NCBI GenBank assembly: GCA_036574095.1
Contig: JAINCO010000048.1
Location: 1 to 53,441, forward strand
Source of the DNA: Campylobacterales bacterium
GTDB taxonomy: Bacteria > Campylobacterota > Campylobacteria > Campylobacterales > UBA6016
Direction of reading: 5' to 3'
DNA: 53,441 nt
The first letter of the stretch is position 1, and each line of letters begins with the position of its first letter. The notes below the pieces were generated by a model. That model did not search any database and was not told where the DNA came from. It was given only the letters and a program-made list of their open reading frames with translations. Positions 38,988 through 48,584 of this stretch are shown here, piece after piece. The translations under genes and the position numbers were made by a program.

Positions 38988-39055
38988 GAAGATCCCTGCG
39001 ATCTAAGTTAAAATATGATACTTTAACCGCAATTAAATCTAACTGGGATGATAGG

Positions 39056-40261
39056 ATGATGAGACCATTTGATGATGCATTAGAGGCAGTGGTGACGCAG
39101 GTAGGTGTGTGGAGAGGTGTTGAGAGAGTTGGTTTGAGTGAGGCGGTTGGACGGCGCCTTGCGCGCGATTATGAGGCACCTGAGAATATACCTGCGGCAC
39201 CGACATCGGCGATGGATGGCTATGCCTTTGCGTGGGAGGCATCACGCACCCATTATCGTCTTTGTGGTCGCGTAGCGGCTGGAGAGATGCCCACGCGTCG
39301 TGTGGAGAGCGGCGAGGCGATGAAGGTGATGACGGGTGCCCTATTGCCTGAAGGTGCCGATACGGTAGTGCCTATCGAAAAAGTTGAGGTGGTTGGTGAG
39401 GAGATTGTTATTGTCGATGCCATTGCGAAGGGGTCGCATGTGCGTGGAATAGGCCAAGAGATCAAGCAGGCAGAGCGGTTATTAGAGAGAGGAAGACGGA
39501 TCGGTTTTGCTGAAATTGGCCTTCTTGCGCAATTTGGAGCAGCGACGGTTGATGTGAAGATGCGCCCGGTGGTAGGTGTGCTATCGACAGGAAGTGAGCT
39601 TGTTGAGCCAGGAGAGGCGCGCCGACATCCTGCGCAAATTCGTAGTGTCAATAACCATCTAATCGTAGCGTTGGCCTCAGAGATGGGGGCGCATGTCCAT
39701 AACTTTGGTGTTGCCGGTGATGCAAAGGAGCTTTTGGCTCAACGCATCGCCGATGCGTTCAATCATTGTGATCTGGTTGTCACGACAGGCGGTGTGAGTG
39801 TGGGAGATTTTGATTTTGTCAAAGAGATTGTCCATGAGAGTGAGATGGAGATTGTTGTCAATAAGTCGGCCATTAAGCCAGGACAACATCTAGTGATCGC
39901 CCGAAAAGAGGATAAGTGGCTGTTGGCATTGCCTGGTTTTTCCTATTCGGCACTGGTGACCTTTAGACTCTTTGGAGGGGCGATTTTGGAGTATTGGTTG
40001 GCTGATAGGCGTGGGCTATCGTGGGAAGATGCTATTGCAGGGGCAGATTTTGTTAAGCGAAGCAATAAAACAGAGTTTGTGCCTGTGCGGGTGGTTGTTT
40101 ACGAGGGGGGCTATCATGTGATGCCAACTGAGCGATATGGGATCACGAGTGCCGATATTTCAACGCTTTTAGGGTGTGATGCCTTGATGATGATCCCAGC
40201 TCAACGCCAGGGGGTGGTGTTGGGCGATAAGGTAAAGATCCTTTCGTGGAGAATCGCATGA
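39056..40261 (+). CDS. moeA: Molybdopterin molybdenumtransferase MoeA, copy 1
   Basis: 401 aa. ...PAAPTSAMDGYAF...MTGALLPEGADTVVPIE...TTGGVSVGDFDF...IKPGQH... Confidence 0.9.
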   Translation: MMRPFDDALEAVVTQVGVWRGVERVGLSEAVGRRLARDYEAPENIPAAPTSAMDGYAFAWEASRTHYRLCGRVAAGEMPTRRVESGEAMKVMTGALLPEGADTVVPIEKVEVVGEEIVIVDAIAKGSHVRGIGQEIKQAERLLERGRRIGFAEIGLLAQFGAATVDVKMRPVVGVLSTGSELVEPGEARRHPAQIRSVNNHLIVALASEMGAHVHNFGVAGDAKELLAQRIADAFNHCDLVVTTGGVSVGDFDFVKEIVHESEMEIVVNKSAIKPGQHLVIARKEDKWLLALPGFSYSALVTFRLFGGAILEYWLADRRGLSWEDAIAGADFVKRSNKTEFVPVRVVVYEGGYHVMPTERYGITSADISTLLGCDALMMIPAQRQGVVLGDKVKILSWRIA

Positions 40262-41496
40262 AAGTAGCAAGATTGCACGAGGCGTTAGAGATCATCAAAG
40301 ATGTTGCGCCTCTTGGGCGTCGTGACTGGGTGACGCTTGAGGAGGCATGTGGGCGTGTTGCTTCAAAGGAGCAAGAGGTGGTGTTGCCCCTCCCTTCGTT
40401 TGATAACTCGGCGATGGATGGGTATGCGATTAGAGCAAAGGATGCTGGCTTAAGAGTTCGGGTTGCCGGGAGAATATTGGCAGGTGATCAAGCGTTTGAT
40501 CTACAGGAGAGGGTTGCGCTTCGCATCATGACAGGCGCCCCTATTCCTGAAGGGTGTGACACGATCGTTCCTCAAGAAGAGGTGGTGGCCGAGGAGGGTT
40601 GGGTTGGGTTACCAGCCACAGTTCGTCAAGGATCACATATTCGTCGCATCGGAGAAGATTTGCGTGTTGGAGAGAGGATCCTTGAGCCTGGAGAGAGTAT
40701 CACGCCAGTGCATATTGGAATGGCCGCGAGTCAAGGGATAACCCATCTACAAGTTTATGGGCGTCCTCGTGTTGTTGTGCTTGCCACGGGTGCTGAGGTG
40801 CGTTTTCATTTTGAGCAGCGCGATCACGAGCAGCTTTTTAATTCCAATACCCCGACGCTCGTGGCATGGTTAAAAAGTTGGGGATGTGAGGTGTCGGTTG
40901 TTCGGGTTGAGGTTGATGATCAAAAAATCTTACGAGAGGCGGTTGAGGGGCTTGGCTGGGCCGATCTGATCGTGACGACAGGTGGTGCGAGTGTGGGCGA
41001 GGCCGATTTGACGCGTGAGGTGTTGCGCGAGGTTAGTGCTCACTTTCTTTTTGATAAAATCTCGCTCAAACCTGGTAAACCAACCGCGTTGGCGCGCCTT
41101 GGGGGAAGTTATGTCTTAATGTTGCCAGGCAATCCAATGGCGGCGATGGTAAATTTTCTTCTTTTGGGGCGTTCGCTTGTAAGACGACTTTCGGGAAGGC
41201 GCGCTTGGGCCTATTTGGAAGTTGAAGCGCGCTTAGGCTCTGCTCTTACCTTCAAGGGGGGTGTTGATACGGTCATTGCCGGTTTTTTTGATGGCTATCG
41301 TTTTATGCCCAAAAAGCGACAAGCTTCCTTTATGGTCTCAGGATTGGCTGGCTGCAATGCTCTCATCGTTGTTGATCGGGGTGTGGCGGCACTTGAGGAG
41401 GGGACGCGGGTTAAGGTTCTTGTGATCGATTGGGAGAGTGGTGCTGATGAAATTGGCTCGCTGGTAAGCAAGGGAGAGTCATGTTCACAGGATTGA
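40258..41496 (+). CDS. moeA: Molybdopterin molybdenumtransferase MoeA, copy 2 (tandem paralogue)
   Basis: The track ORF starts at GTG 40246. ATG 40258 gives an ATGA overlap with the copy-1 stop. ...PSFDNSAMDGYAI...MTGAPIPEGCDTIVPQE...TTGGASVGEADL...LKPGKP... Confidence 0.9.
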   Translation: MKVARLHEALEIIKDVAPLGRRDWVTLEEACGRVASKEQEVVLPLPSFDNSAMDGYAIRAKDAGLRVRVAGRILAGDQAFDLQERVALRIMTGAPIPEGCDTIVPQEEVVAEEGWVGLPATVRQGSHIRRIGEDLRVGERILEPGESITPVHIGMAASQGITHLQVYGRPRVVVLATGAEVRFHFEQRDHEQLFNSNTPTLVAWLKSWGCEVSVVRVEVDDQKILREAVEGLGWADLIVTTGGASVGEADLTREVLREVSAHFLFDKISLKPGKPTALARLGGSYVLMLPGNPMAAMVNFLLLGRSLVRRLSGRRAWAYLEVEARLGSALTFKGGVDTVIAGFFDGYRFMPKKRQASFMVSGLAGCNALIVVDRGVAALEEGTRVKVLVIDWESGADEIGSLVSKGESCSQD

Positions 41497-42098
41497 TTCG
41501 AGAGATTGGTGAAGTCGTGTCGCTGCAAGGCGAGAGACTTGAGGTGGCCTGTGCACATCGCGCCCAAATTGGCGATAGCATTGCTGTCAATGGGGCATGC
41601 TTGACGGTTGTTAAGACCACGCCGCACGGTTTTGTCGCCGAGCTTTCTCATGAGAGTCAAAAGGTGTTGGCGATTGAAAATTATCGCGGAAAGGTCCATA
41701 TTGAGCCGGCGATGCGCTTATCTGATCGACTTGAAGGTCATATCGTCCAGGGGCACATTGATGGAATCGGGGTTTTGGAGTCGGTTGTGCGTAAAGAAGT
41801 AGGCAGCGATATGATCATCTCAGCGCCCAAGGAGATTTTGTCGTTGATTGTTCCTAAGGGGAGTATCGCGGTTGATGGGGTTAGTTTGACAGTTAATGAG
41901 GTTTTAGAGGGGGCCTTTCGCCTCACAATTATCCCCCACACGCTTCATGGAACCCTTTTGGGTAGCTATAAGCCTGGTAGACGAGTCAATCTTGAGACAG
42001 ATATTTTGGTGCGCACGATTGCTCGGTTGATGCAGACAAAAAGAGAGCAAGGGGTGGGTTGGGAGATGGTTGATCGGATAATGGCACTCTACTCATGA
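41481..42098 (+). CDS. ribE: Riboflavin synthase (alpha chain)
   Basis: 205 aa. MFTGLIREIGEV...SIAVNGACLTV...VDGVSLTVNEV (duplicated barrel motifs). Confidence 0.93.
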   Translation: MFTGLIREIGEVVSLQGERLEVACAHRAQIGDSIAVNGACLTVVKTTPHGFVAELSHESQKVLAIENYRGKVHIEPAMRLSDRLEGHIVQGHIDGIGVLESVVRKEVGSDMIISAPKEILSLIVPKGSIAVDGVSLTVNEVLEGAFRLTIIPHTLHGTLLGSYKPGRRVNLETDILVRTIARLMQTKREQGVGWEMVDRIMALYS

Positions 42099-42394
42099 AG
42101 CCTCTACCCAAAGCCGCTGCCTTAGCCTACGAAGCCCATGCTACCAAAGCACCTCGGGTTGTGGCATCAGGTAAGGGGGAGATCGCTCGTCAAATCATTG
42201 CCAAGGCAGAGGCGTTTGGCATTCCTCTCTTTCGGAATGAGGCATTGGCTAATGCGCTCCTTGATGTAGATGTGGGTGAAGAGATACCACCCGAGCTTTT
42301 TGGTGCTGTTGTTGAGGTCTTTGTTTGGCTTGCCAAAAGCGAAGCAAAAGCGGGTTTGAGCTACAATAATTCAGAGAAAGAAACTCCTATTTGA
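42095..42394 (+). CDS. FlhB C-terminal-domain-like protein (EscU/YscU/HrcU family fragment homologue)
   Basis: 99 aa. ...AAALAYEAHATKAPRVVASGKGEIARQIIAKAEAFGIPLFRNEALANAL...IPPELFGAVVEV... Confidence 0.8.
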   Translation: MKPLPKAAALAYEAHATKAPRVVASGKGEIARQIIAKAEAFGIPLFRNEALANALLDVDVGEEIPPELFGAVVEVFVWLAKSEAKAGLSYNNSEKETPI

Positions 42395-42406
42395 GGTTGA
42401 TGATCG

Positions 42407-43747
42407 ATGAATAAAAAAGCTGTCCTTTGGCTAAGCTCGATTATGGGACTAAGATTTTTTGGTTTTTTTATCGTTATGCCTCTTCTTTCTGTCTATGCCT
42501 TGAGCCTTGAGGGGGCGACAACGACGCTGGTGGGTGTGGTGATGGGAAGCTATGCGATGGCGCAGCTTCTTTTTCAATTTCCCTTTGGTTGGGCGGGTGA
42601 TCGTTTTGGTCGCAAGGGGGTTATTGCGCTGGGGCTTGCCCTCGTTGTTGTTGGATCGGTGATTTGTGTGTTGGCCACTGATATTTGGTGGCTGATTGCT
42701 GGGCGTGCACTTCAAGGGGCTGGTGCGATCAATGCTACTATTTCGGCATTGATAAGTGACTTTAGTCGTGAAGAGGAGCGTGGCAAGGCAATGGCGATGA
42801 TGGGCGGTGCCATTGCGCTAAGCTTTGCTATCTCGATGGTTTTAGGACCGATTGCAGGGGCAGCCTGGGGTGAAGAGCAGCTCTTTTGGCTAATCGCCCT
42901 CCTCTCTGCGCTTGCTATTGTTATCCTAATCGTGGCTGTGCCTAAACCTCCTGTGATACGCCATGCCGTGACAGAAGAGAGTCATGGCATTGGGCGCTTG
43001 TTACGGGATCGTAATCTTTCACGAATGAATCTGATGATCTTTTTTCATGCCGCATTTATTACGACCGTTTTTTTGGTCACACCTATCGCGATGGTTCATC
43101 ACTTTGGGTGGGCTAAAGATGAGCTATGGAAGGCCTATCTTATTGCCCTACTTTTAGGTATCGCGGCAATGGGGCCAGCTGCTGTTATTGGCGAGAAAAA
43201 AGATAAGATCAAAGCAGTCTTTTTGGTGGCCATTCTGTTGATGAGCCTTGCTTTTGTCTTGATGGCTGTGGCTAAGAGTGATTGGATCTTTGTTAGCGCG
43301 CTTGCCCTCTTTTTTGTGGGCTTTAATATGCAAGAGCCGCTCCTTCAAAGTTCGGTAACCAAATTTGCTCGTATCCATCAGCGAGGTACGGCCTTGGGAA
43401 TTTTCTCAACATTTCAAAGTCTCGGGGCCTTTGTTGGTGGCCTTGCAGGAGGGGCGTTGCTTCATGCGTTGGGGCTTGAGGGCTTAGCGTGGTTGTTGGC
43501 TGGTCTGGGTCTGTTGTGGTTTGGTTGGACGCTGTCGATGGAGAATCCTACAAAAAAATCATTTCTTTACTTGCATCCAGATCGTTTTGATCTCTCCTTG
43601 ATCCATCGCTTCAAAGAGATCCATGGGGTGGTGGAGGCGTGGTATAATGAGACGGAGCATCTTTTGATTGTTAAATATGATCATCGCGTCATTGAAGGTG
43701 AGTCCTTGCGCGAGAGGCTTGAGCGTGCTTATACGAAAGCTCTTTAA
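42407..43747 (+). CDS. MFS transporter with an extra soluble C-terminal tail of about 68 aa
   Basis: 446 aa. ...GWAGDRFGRKG... (MFS motif A) and about 12 hydrophobic segments. The tail NPTKKSFLYLHPDRFD...HGVVEAWYNETEHLLIVKYDHRVIEGESLRERLERAY has no TM. Confidence 0.85.
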   Translation: MNKKAVLWLSSIMGLRFFGFFIVMPLLSVYALSLEGATTTLVGVVMGSYAMAQLLFQFPFGWAGDRFGRKGVIALGLALVVVGSVICVLATDIWWLIAGRALQGAGAINATISALISDFSREEERGKAMAMMGGAIALSFAISMVLGPIAGAAWGEEQLFWLIALLSALAIVILIVAVPKPPVIRHAVTEESHGIGRLLRDRNLSRMNLMIFFHAAFITTVFLVTPIAMVHHFGWAKDELWKAYLIALLLGIAAMGPAAVIGEKKDKIKAVFLVAILLMSLAFVLMAVAKSDWIFVSALALFFVGFNMQEPLLQSSVTKFARIHQRGTALGIFSTFQSLGAFVGGLAGGALLHALGLEGLAWLLAGLGLLWFGWTLSMENPTKKSFLYLHPDRFDLSLIHRFKEIHGVVEAWYNETEHLLIVKYDHRVIEGESLRERLERAYTKAL

Positions 43748-44312
43748 GTTCGAAAATGCCCATGTGGTGCGCGGATGCTCGACGGCGCGCTGTAAATATA
43801 ATATCCACGGCCACTCATACAAAGTCGAAGTGATCCTTGAGGCACATGCGTTAGATCGGGGGCAGATGGTCTATGATTTTGGGCTACTAAAGCTCTCAGT
43901 CAAAGAGCTCATCGATAGCTTCGATCATGCGATCACGCTGTGGAATGGTGATGATCCAGAGTACTTGGCGGCGATGAAAAGCCATAGTAGGCGGTGGGTT
44001 GAGCTTCCAGTGAGTCCTTCTGCTGAGCAGTATGCGCGCGTGATCTTTTTGATGACCGATTTGGTACTCAAGGCAACTTTGATGCACAATGGTGAAGCAG
44101 ATGTTAGGGTGCATAGCGTGATTGTCCATGAGACTGAAACAGGTTATGCGCAGGCCTTTCGCGATGACCTTGACAACCCCAGGATGGGGCTTTTGGATCC
44201 ATCGCAGTTTCGCTTTTCTGATGGTGTGCGCTCGTCATGGCAGCGCCCCGATCTTTGGGAGGCGTTAGTATCAGGCGAGCGACTGGACAATCCTTGCGAA
44301 ATCGTCGAATGA
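43725..44312 (+). CDS. queD: 6-carboxy-5,6,7,8-tetrahydropterin synthase (QueD / PTPS family)
   Basis: The track ORF starts at 43668 inside the MFS gene. GTG 43725 gives VLIRKLFKFENAHVV...CKYNIHGHSYKVEV (CxxxHGH zinc motif). The start is uncertain. Confidence 0.8.
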   Translation: MLIRKLFKFENAHVVRGCSTARCKYNIHGHSYKVEVILEAHALDRGQMVYDFGLLKLSVKELIDSFDHAITLWNGDDPEYLAAMKSHSRRWVELPVSPSAEQYARVIFLMTDLVLKATLMHNGEADVRVHSVIVHETETGYAQAFRDDLDNPRMGLLDPSQFRFSDGVRSSWQRPDLWEALVSGERLDNPCEIVE

Positions 44313-44800
44313 GAGAGGTACACCCTTTTGCTCCCTATCTTCCCCCTTCTCCTCGCCTTTTGATCTTAGGAACCTTTCCGAGTCTTGCCTCAATCGAAGA
44401 CGCTTTTTATTATGGCCATCCGCGTAACCAATTTTGGAAACTTCTTTCGGCAATAACAGGGACGCCCGCTCAAACACGTGCCGATAAAGAGAGGCTTTTA
44501 GATGCGCATGGTATCGCGCTATGGGATATTGTGAGGGAGTGTCGGCGCAGTGAGGGTTCGTTGGATGCAGGACTTAAGGAGCCTTATCCTAATGCAATTG
44601 ATCGATTGTTGGCCGACTATCCATCAATTCGCGTTGTGGCTGTAACAAGTCAGACAGCCAAGAGGCTCTATCGTCGTTTCTTTCCACATTTGCAGCCACC
44701 TTTGCCTCTTCCCTCCCCTTCGCCAGCCTATGCCGTACTTTCTTTTGAGGCAAAGTTGGCGGCATGGCAGAGGGCTTTGTCTTTCTTGAAAGATGAGTGA
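44309..44800 (+). CDS. Uracil-DNA-glycosylase-superfamily protein, DNA-deoxyinosine (hypoxanthine) glycosylase-like
   Basis: The track ORF starts at 44237. ATG 44309 gives an ATGA overlap with the queD stop. MREVHPFAPYLPPSPRLLILGTFPSLASIEDAFYYGHPRNQFWKLL. The subfamily call is from memory. Confidence 0.65.
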   Translation: MREVHPFAPYLPPSPRLLILGTFPSLASIEDAFYYGHPRNQFWKLLSAITGTPAQTRADKERLLDAHGIALWDIVRECRRSEGSLDAGLKEPYPNAIDRLLADYPSIRVVAVTSQTAKRLYRRFFPHLQPPLPLPSPSPAYAVLSFEAKLAAWQRALSFLKDE

Positions 44801-44844
44801 GACTCTGCTACAATACACTATTTTTACAGTGAAGGTATCAGTTG

Positions 44845-46710
44845 ATGAAATTTGATGTGATCGTCGTTGGCGGAGGGCATGCTGGTATTGAGGCGGCTTT
44901 GGCCTCTGCGAGGCGGGGACATACGACACTGATGGTGACGATCCTTAGTGAGCGCATCGGTGCTGTAAGCTGCAACCCGGCAATTGGTGGCCTGGGTAAG
45001 GGTCATCTTGTGAAAGAGGTTGATGCGCTTGGCGGAGCGATGGGGCTTGCAACCGATGCCAATGGGCTGCAATTTCGAATCCTCAACGATACCAAAGGTC
45101 CTGCGGTACGGGGTAGTCGTGCGCAGATTGATATGGATCGCTATAGCCAATGGATGCGAACTCTTGTCCTTCGCGAACCCAACCTCTTCGTGACGCAAGA
45201 GATTGTTGAGCGTGTACTTGTTGAGAATGATCGTGTGCGTGGTGTCGTGACGCAACTGGGGAATCACTACTATAGCCGTGCTGTTATCTTAACGACCGGG
45301 ACATTTTTAAGGGGATTAACCCATATCGGAGAGAAGCAAGAGGAGGCAGGGCGCGCCGGTGAGTTTCCGGCCAATCGTCTGAGTGCATCACTAAAAGAGC
45401 TTGGCTTTCCCTTGGGTCGGCTTAAAACCGGAACCTGCCCCAGGATTGATGGTCGTACGATCGATTTTTCGGTGATGGAGCGACAAGAGGGTGATGCGAA
45501 TCCAACCCCTTTTAGTTTTCGCACGCCTAAAGAGAGCTTTCATCCTGATCAGATGCCCTGCTATATCACCTACACCAACGAAAAAACACATGAGCATATT
45601 CGCTCCAATTTCCATCGCGCCCCCCTCTTTTCAGGCCAGATTCAAGGCATTGGTCCTCGCTATTGCCCTAGCATCGAAGATAAGATCTATAAATTTGCTG
45701 ACAAAGAGCGCCATCACCTCTTTATCGAACCCCAGACGCGCGAGGCGACGGAGTATTATATCAATGGCATGAGCACCTCGTTGCCAGTCGATGTGCAGAT
45801 AGCGATGGTGCGCAGCGTGCGGGGATTAGAGAGGGCAAGGATCGTTCGCTTTGGCTATGCGATTGAATATGATTTTATCCCCCCAACGGAATTGACTCAC
45901 ACCTTAGAGACAAAGAGAATTAAGGGGCTCTACTCTGCTGGCCAGATCAATGGAACAACAGGCTATGAAGAGGCAGCTGCACAAGGGTTAATGGCAGGCA
46001 TTAATGCGTCATTGGCATTGCGTGATGAGGAGCCGCTGATTCTTGGGCGTGATGAGGCCTATATTGGCGTTTTGATCGATGATTTGGTGACCAAAGGGGT
46101 TGATGAGCCCTATCGAATGTTTACAAGTCGCGCTGAGTATAGACTCTTGCTGCGCGAAGATAATGCTGACCTTAGGCTAAGTCACTATGGCTATCGACTC
46201 GGTCTTTTGCCTGAAGAGGCCTATTTGGCGGCGCAGCGCAAAGAGGAGCAGACGGCTCGTGGCATAACCATTCTAACAGAGACGACGCTTACATGTAGTC
46301 GCGATACCCTTGCGCGACTTGAGGCATTAGGTGAAGCGCCTATTAGTGACAAAATTACCTTAGCAGGGCTTGTCGCGCGCGCAACATTTACTCGAGAAAA
46401 GCTCATTGCTCTTGCTCCGGAGTTGGCGACACTGGATGATGGGGCGTTAGAGCAGGTGATGATCTATGGCAAGTATGCCCCCTATATTGCCAAGCAGCAT
46501 CAGCAAATTGAAAGGATGCGTGCGATGATGGAGGAGAAGATCCCCGATGATATCGATTATGATGCGATGCCAGGGTTAAGTTTTGAAGTCAAAAGTAAAC
46601 TCAAGAAGTTTCGCCCTCCCACCCTCTTTGCCGCAAGTGAGATTAGTGGGGTTACGCCTGCTGCCCTTGATATTCTTCAGATGTATATTCGCCTCAAAAA
46701 GAGATCGTAA
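44845..46710 (+). CDS. mnmG: tRNA uridine 5-carboxymethylaminomethyl modification enzyme
   Basis: [18 protein letters not shown]...[21 protein letters not shown]...; about 621 aa. The track ORF starts one codon earlier, at TTG 44842. Confidence 0.95.
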   Translation: MKFDVIVVGGGHAGIEAALASARRGHTTLMVTILSERIGAVSCNPAIGGLGKGHLVKEVDALGGAMGLATDANGLQFRILNDTKGPAVRGSRAQIDMDRYSQWMRTLVLREPNLFVTQEIVERVLVENDRVRGVVTQLGNHYYSRAVILTTGTFLRGLTHIGEKQEEAGRAGEFPANRLSASLKELGFPLGRLKTGTCPRIDGRTIDFSVMERQEGDANPTPFSFRTPKESFHPDQMPCYITYTNEKTHEHIRSNFHRAPLFSGQIQGIGPRYCPSIEDKIYKFADKERHHLFIEPQTREATEYYINGMSTSLPVDVQIAMVRSVRGLERARIVRFGYAIEYDFIPPTELTHTLETKRIKGLYSAGQINGTTGYEEAAAQGLMAGINASLALRDEEPLILGRDEAYIGVLIDDLVTKGVDEPYRMFTSRAEYRLLLREDNADLRLSHYGYRLGLLPEEAYLAAQRKEEQTARGITILTETTLTCSRDTLARLEALGEAPISDKITLAGLVARATFTREKLIALAPELATLDDGALEQVMIYGKYAPYIAKQHQQIERMRAMMEEKIPDDIDYDAMPGLSFEVKSKLKKFRPPTLFAASEISGVTPAALDILQMYIRLKKRS

Positions 46711-46757
46711 CGACGGAATTAATTACACCTTTTTAATATTTATATAAGCTCCTACTA

Positions 46758-46766
46758 TGTTATAAT
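46758..46766 (+). promoter_or_regulatory. Candidate extended -10 (TGtTATAAT) upstream of petA
   Basis: ctaTGtTATAATggc lies 83 nt upstream of the petA ATG. Confidence 0.45.
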
Positions 46767-46781
46767 GGCAGTATGGAACAA

Positions 46782-46802
46782 CCGTCAGAATGACGGCTTT
46801 TT
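46782..46802 (+). terminator. Intrinsic-terminator-like hairpin between mnmG and petA
   Basis: CCGTCAgaaTGACGG followed by CTTTTT, then a second T-run (GTTTTTTGG). It lies downstream of the candidate pet -10. Confidence 0.5.
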
Positions 46803-46848
46803 AGCTGTTTTTTGGTATTCTTTCGTACATCTTTAGAAAGGAGTCTAA

Positions 46849-47355
46849 ATGTCTGTTGATCAGAGCAAGAGAGACCTCCTGCTAGCCGCCATGGGGGGAG
46901 TTGCGGCTGCTGGTGGGGTAGGTATGCTCTACGGCATGGCTAAAACTTGGGATCCGCTCCCAAGCGTTGTGGCTGCAGGAATTACACGCGTGGATGTTGC
47001 CTCCATGCAGCCAGGAGAGGTTCGAACGGTCGAATTTCGTGGCAAACCGGTCGCGATTCTTAAAAAAACAGCCGATATGCCTAAATCGGAATATAGCATT
47101 AAGATAGGAGCTGATGAATATACGGTCGTTATTCAGATCTGTACCCATTTAGGATGCATTCCTGCTTGGGTGGGCGATAAAAAGCAGTTCAAGTGTGCCT
47201 GTCATGGTGGCGAGTTTGATGCAACGGGTAAGAATACCTTTGGGCCACCCCCCAAGCCGCTGGCGATTCCTCCTTACAAAATCGAAGGAACAACAATCGT
47301 ATTGGGCGAAGAGGGGCCTGAATTCCAGAAGATTCCCGCAGAGCTAAAAGCATAA
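46849..47355 (+). CDS. petA: Ubiquinol/menaquinol-cytochrome c reductase, Rieske iron-sulfur subunit
   Basis: 168 aa. AAAGGAG ribosome-binding site. Tat-like N-terminus (SKRDLLLAAMGG...), CTHLGC...CACHGG Rieske boxes. Confidence 0.93.
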   Translation: MSVDQSKRDLLLAAMGGVAAAGGVGMLYGMAKTWDPLPSVVAAGITRVDVASMQPGEVRTVEFRGKPVAILKKTADMPKSEYSIKIGADEYTVVIQICTHLGCIPAWVGDKKQFKCACHGGEFDATGKNTFGPPPKPLAIPPYKIEGTTIVLGEEGPEFQKIPAELKA

Positions 47356-47366
47356 AGGGGTAGAGT

Positions 47367-48584
47367 ATGGCGATTGATACCAATAAAAGCTGGCTTGACG
47401 CCCGCCTCAATACAACTGGCCTTACGAAGGTCTTAATGACCGAATATTGGATTCCCAAAAACATCAACTTTCTTTGGAGTATGGGTGTTGTTCTGGCGGC
47501 ACTCTTTGGTGTTTTGGTCATTTCGGGAATGTTTTTGCTCATGTACTACAAACCCGATACAGCGCTTGCGTTTGATAGTGTAAACTACACCATCATGCAA
47601 GAAGTCGCCTATGGGTGGATCTTTAGACATGTTCATGCGGTGGCTGCTTCGGTTGTCTTTCTTGTGATTTATATTCACATGTTCACGGCAATCTATTATG
47701 GCTCTTATAAGGGTGGTCGTGAGATGATCTGGGTTTCTGGTATGCTATTATTTATGACTTTTTCAGCTGAGGGTTTTTCGGGCTATATGCTTCCTTGGGG
47801 TCAGATGAGCTACTGGGCGGCACAGGTTATCACAAATCTCTTTGGTGGTATTCCTGTCATCGGTCCTGAGCTTGTTACATGGATTCGTGGTAACTATGTT
47901 GTTGCCGATTCGACACTGACGCGCTTCTTCGCCCTTCATGTCTTTATCCTGCCACTGATTATTATGGCGATTATCGGTCTTCACTTCTATTCGCTTCGCA
48001 TCCCCCATGTTAATAACCAAGAGGGCGAAGAGATCGATTTTGAGGCTGAGGCTAAGAAGTTTCAAGAGGGCAAGAAAAAAGAGTCCAAAGTTATCCCCTT
48101 CTGGCCAACCTTCTTGGCAGAGGATATTTTCGTGTTGGGTGCTTTTTTTGTCTTTTTCTTCTATCTAGTCTTTTTCCATTATAGTTTTGCGATGGATCCA
48201 ATCAACTTTATCCCCGCTGATCCGATGAAGACACCCCCTCATATCTACCCGGAGTGGTACTTCTTGTGGAGTTATGAGGTATTGCGTGGCTTCTTCTTTA
48301 GTTCTGATTTAGGTTTGCTGGCCTTTGCGATTGCCAACATTGCTTTCCTGTTCATACCATGGATTGATCGTGATCCAAGAGTCATGCCAGCTCATCGACG
48401 ACCCTATTTCCGTATCTGGTTCTGGGTTCTTGTATTTGTTATGGTCGGTTTGACCATCTATGGTAAGCTACCACCAACAGGTATGAATGCATGGATCGGC
48501 TTTGCCTTCTCGATGACATTCTTGATTTTGGGGCCTATCTTGCCCATTCTGACTCTACTTGAGAAAAAGAGAGGTGGCCGATGA
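47367..48584 (+). CDS. petB: Cytochrome b subunit of the bc1 complex
   Basis: 405 aa. ...FRHVHAVAASVVFLVIYIHMF...MSYWAAQVITNL...PEWYFLW... Confidence 0.95.
   Translation: MAIDTNKSWLDARLNTTGLTKVLMTEYWIPKNINFLWSMGVVLAALFGVLVISGMFLLMYYKPDTALAFDSVNYTIMQEVAYGWIFRHVHAVAASVVFLVIYIHMFTAIYYGSYKGGREMIWVSGMLLFMTFSAEGFSGYMLPWGQMSYWAAQVITNLFGGIPVIGPELVTWIRGNYVVADSTLTRFFALHVFILPLIIMAIIGLHFYSLRIPHVNNQEGEEIDFEAEAKKFQEGKKKESKVIPFWPTFLAEDIFVLGAFFVFFFYLVFFHYSFAMDPINFIPADPMKTPPHIYPEWYFLWSYEVLRGFFFSSDLGLLAFAIANIAFLFIPWIDRDPRVMPAHRRPYFRIWFWVLVFVMVGLTIYGKLPPTGMNAWIGFAFSMTFLILGPILPILTLLEKKRGGR

Noticed and set aside
38988-39055. Searched for riboswitches upstream of moeA (Moco), ribE (FMN), queD (preQ1), nrdA (B12) and thrS leaders.
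   Set aside because: The upstream spacers are 0-74 nt or the genes overlap their neighbours. That is too short for the known aptamers, and no conserved aptamer cores were recognised.
39253-41699. Antisense ORFs 39253..39651(-), 41295..41699(-) and 41411..41620(-) inside moeA and ribE.
   Set aside because: These are Arg/Ser/Pro/Thr-rich translations typical of the antisense frames of GC-richer genes. They have no start context.
44824-45267. 147-aa minus-strand ORF at the 5' end of mnmG.
   Set aside because: It is antisense to a highly conserved gene and has no recognisable motifs or ribosome-binding site. It is spurious.
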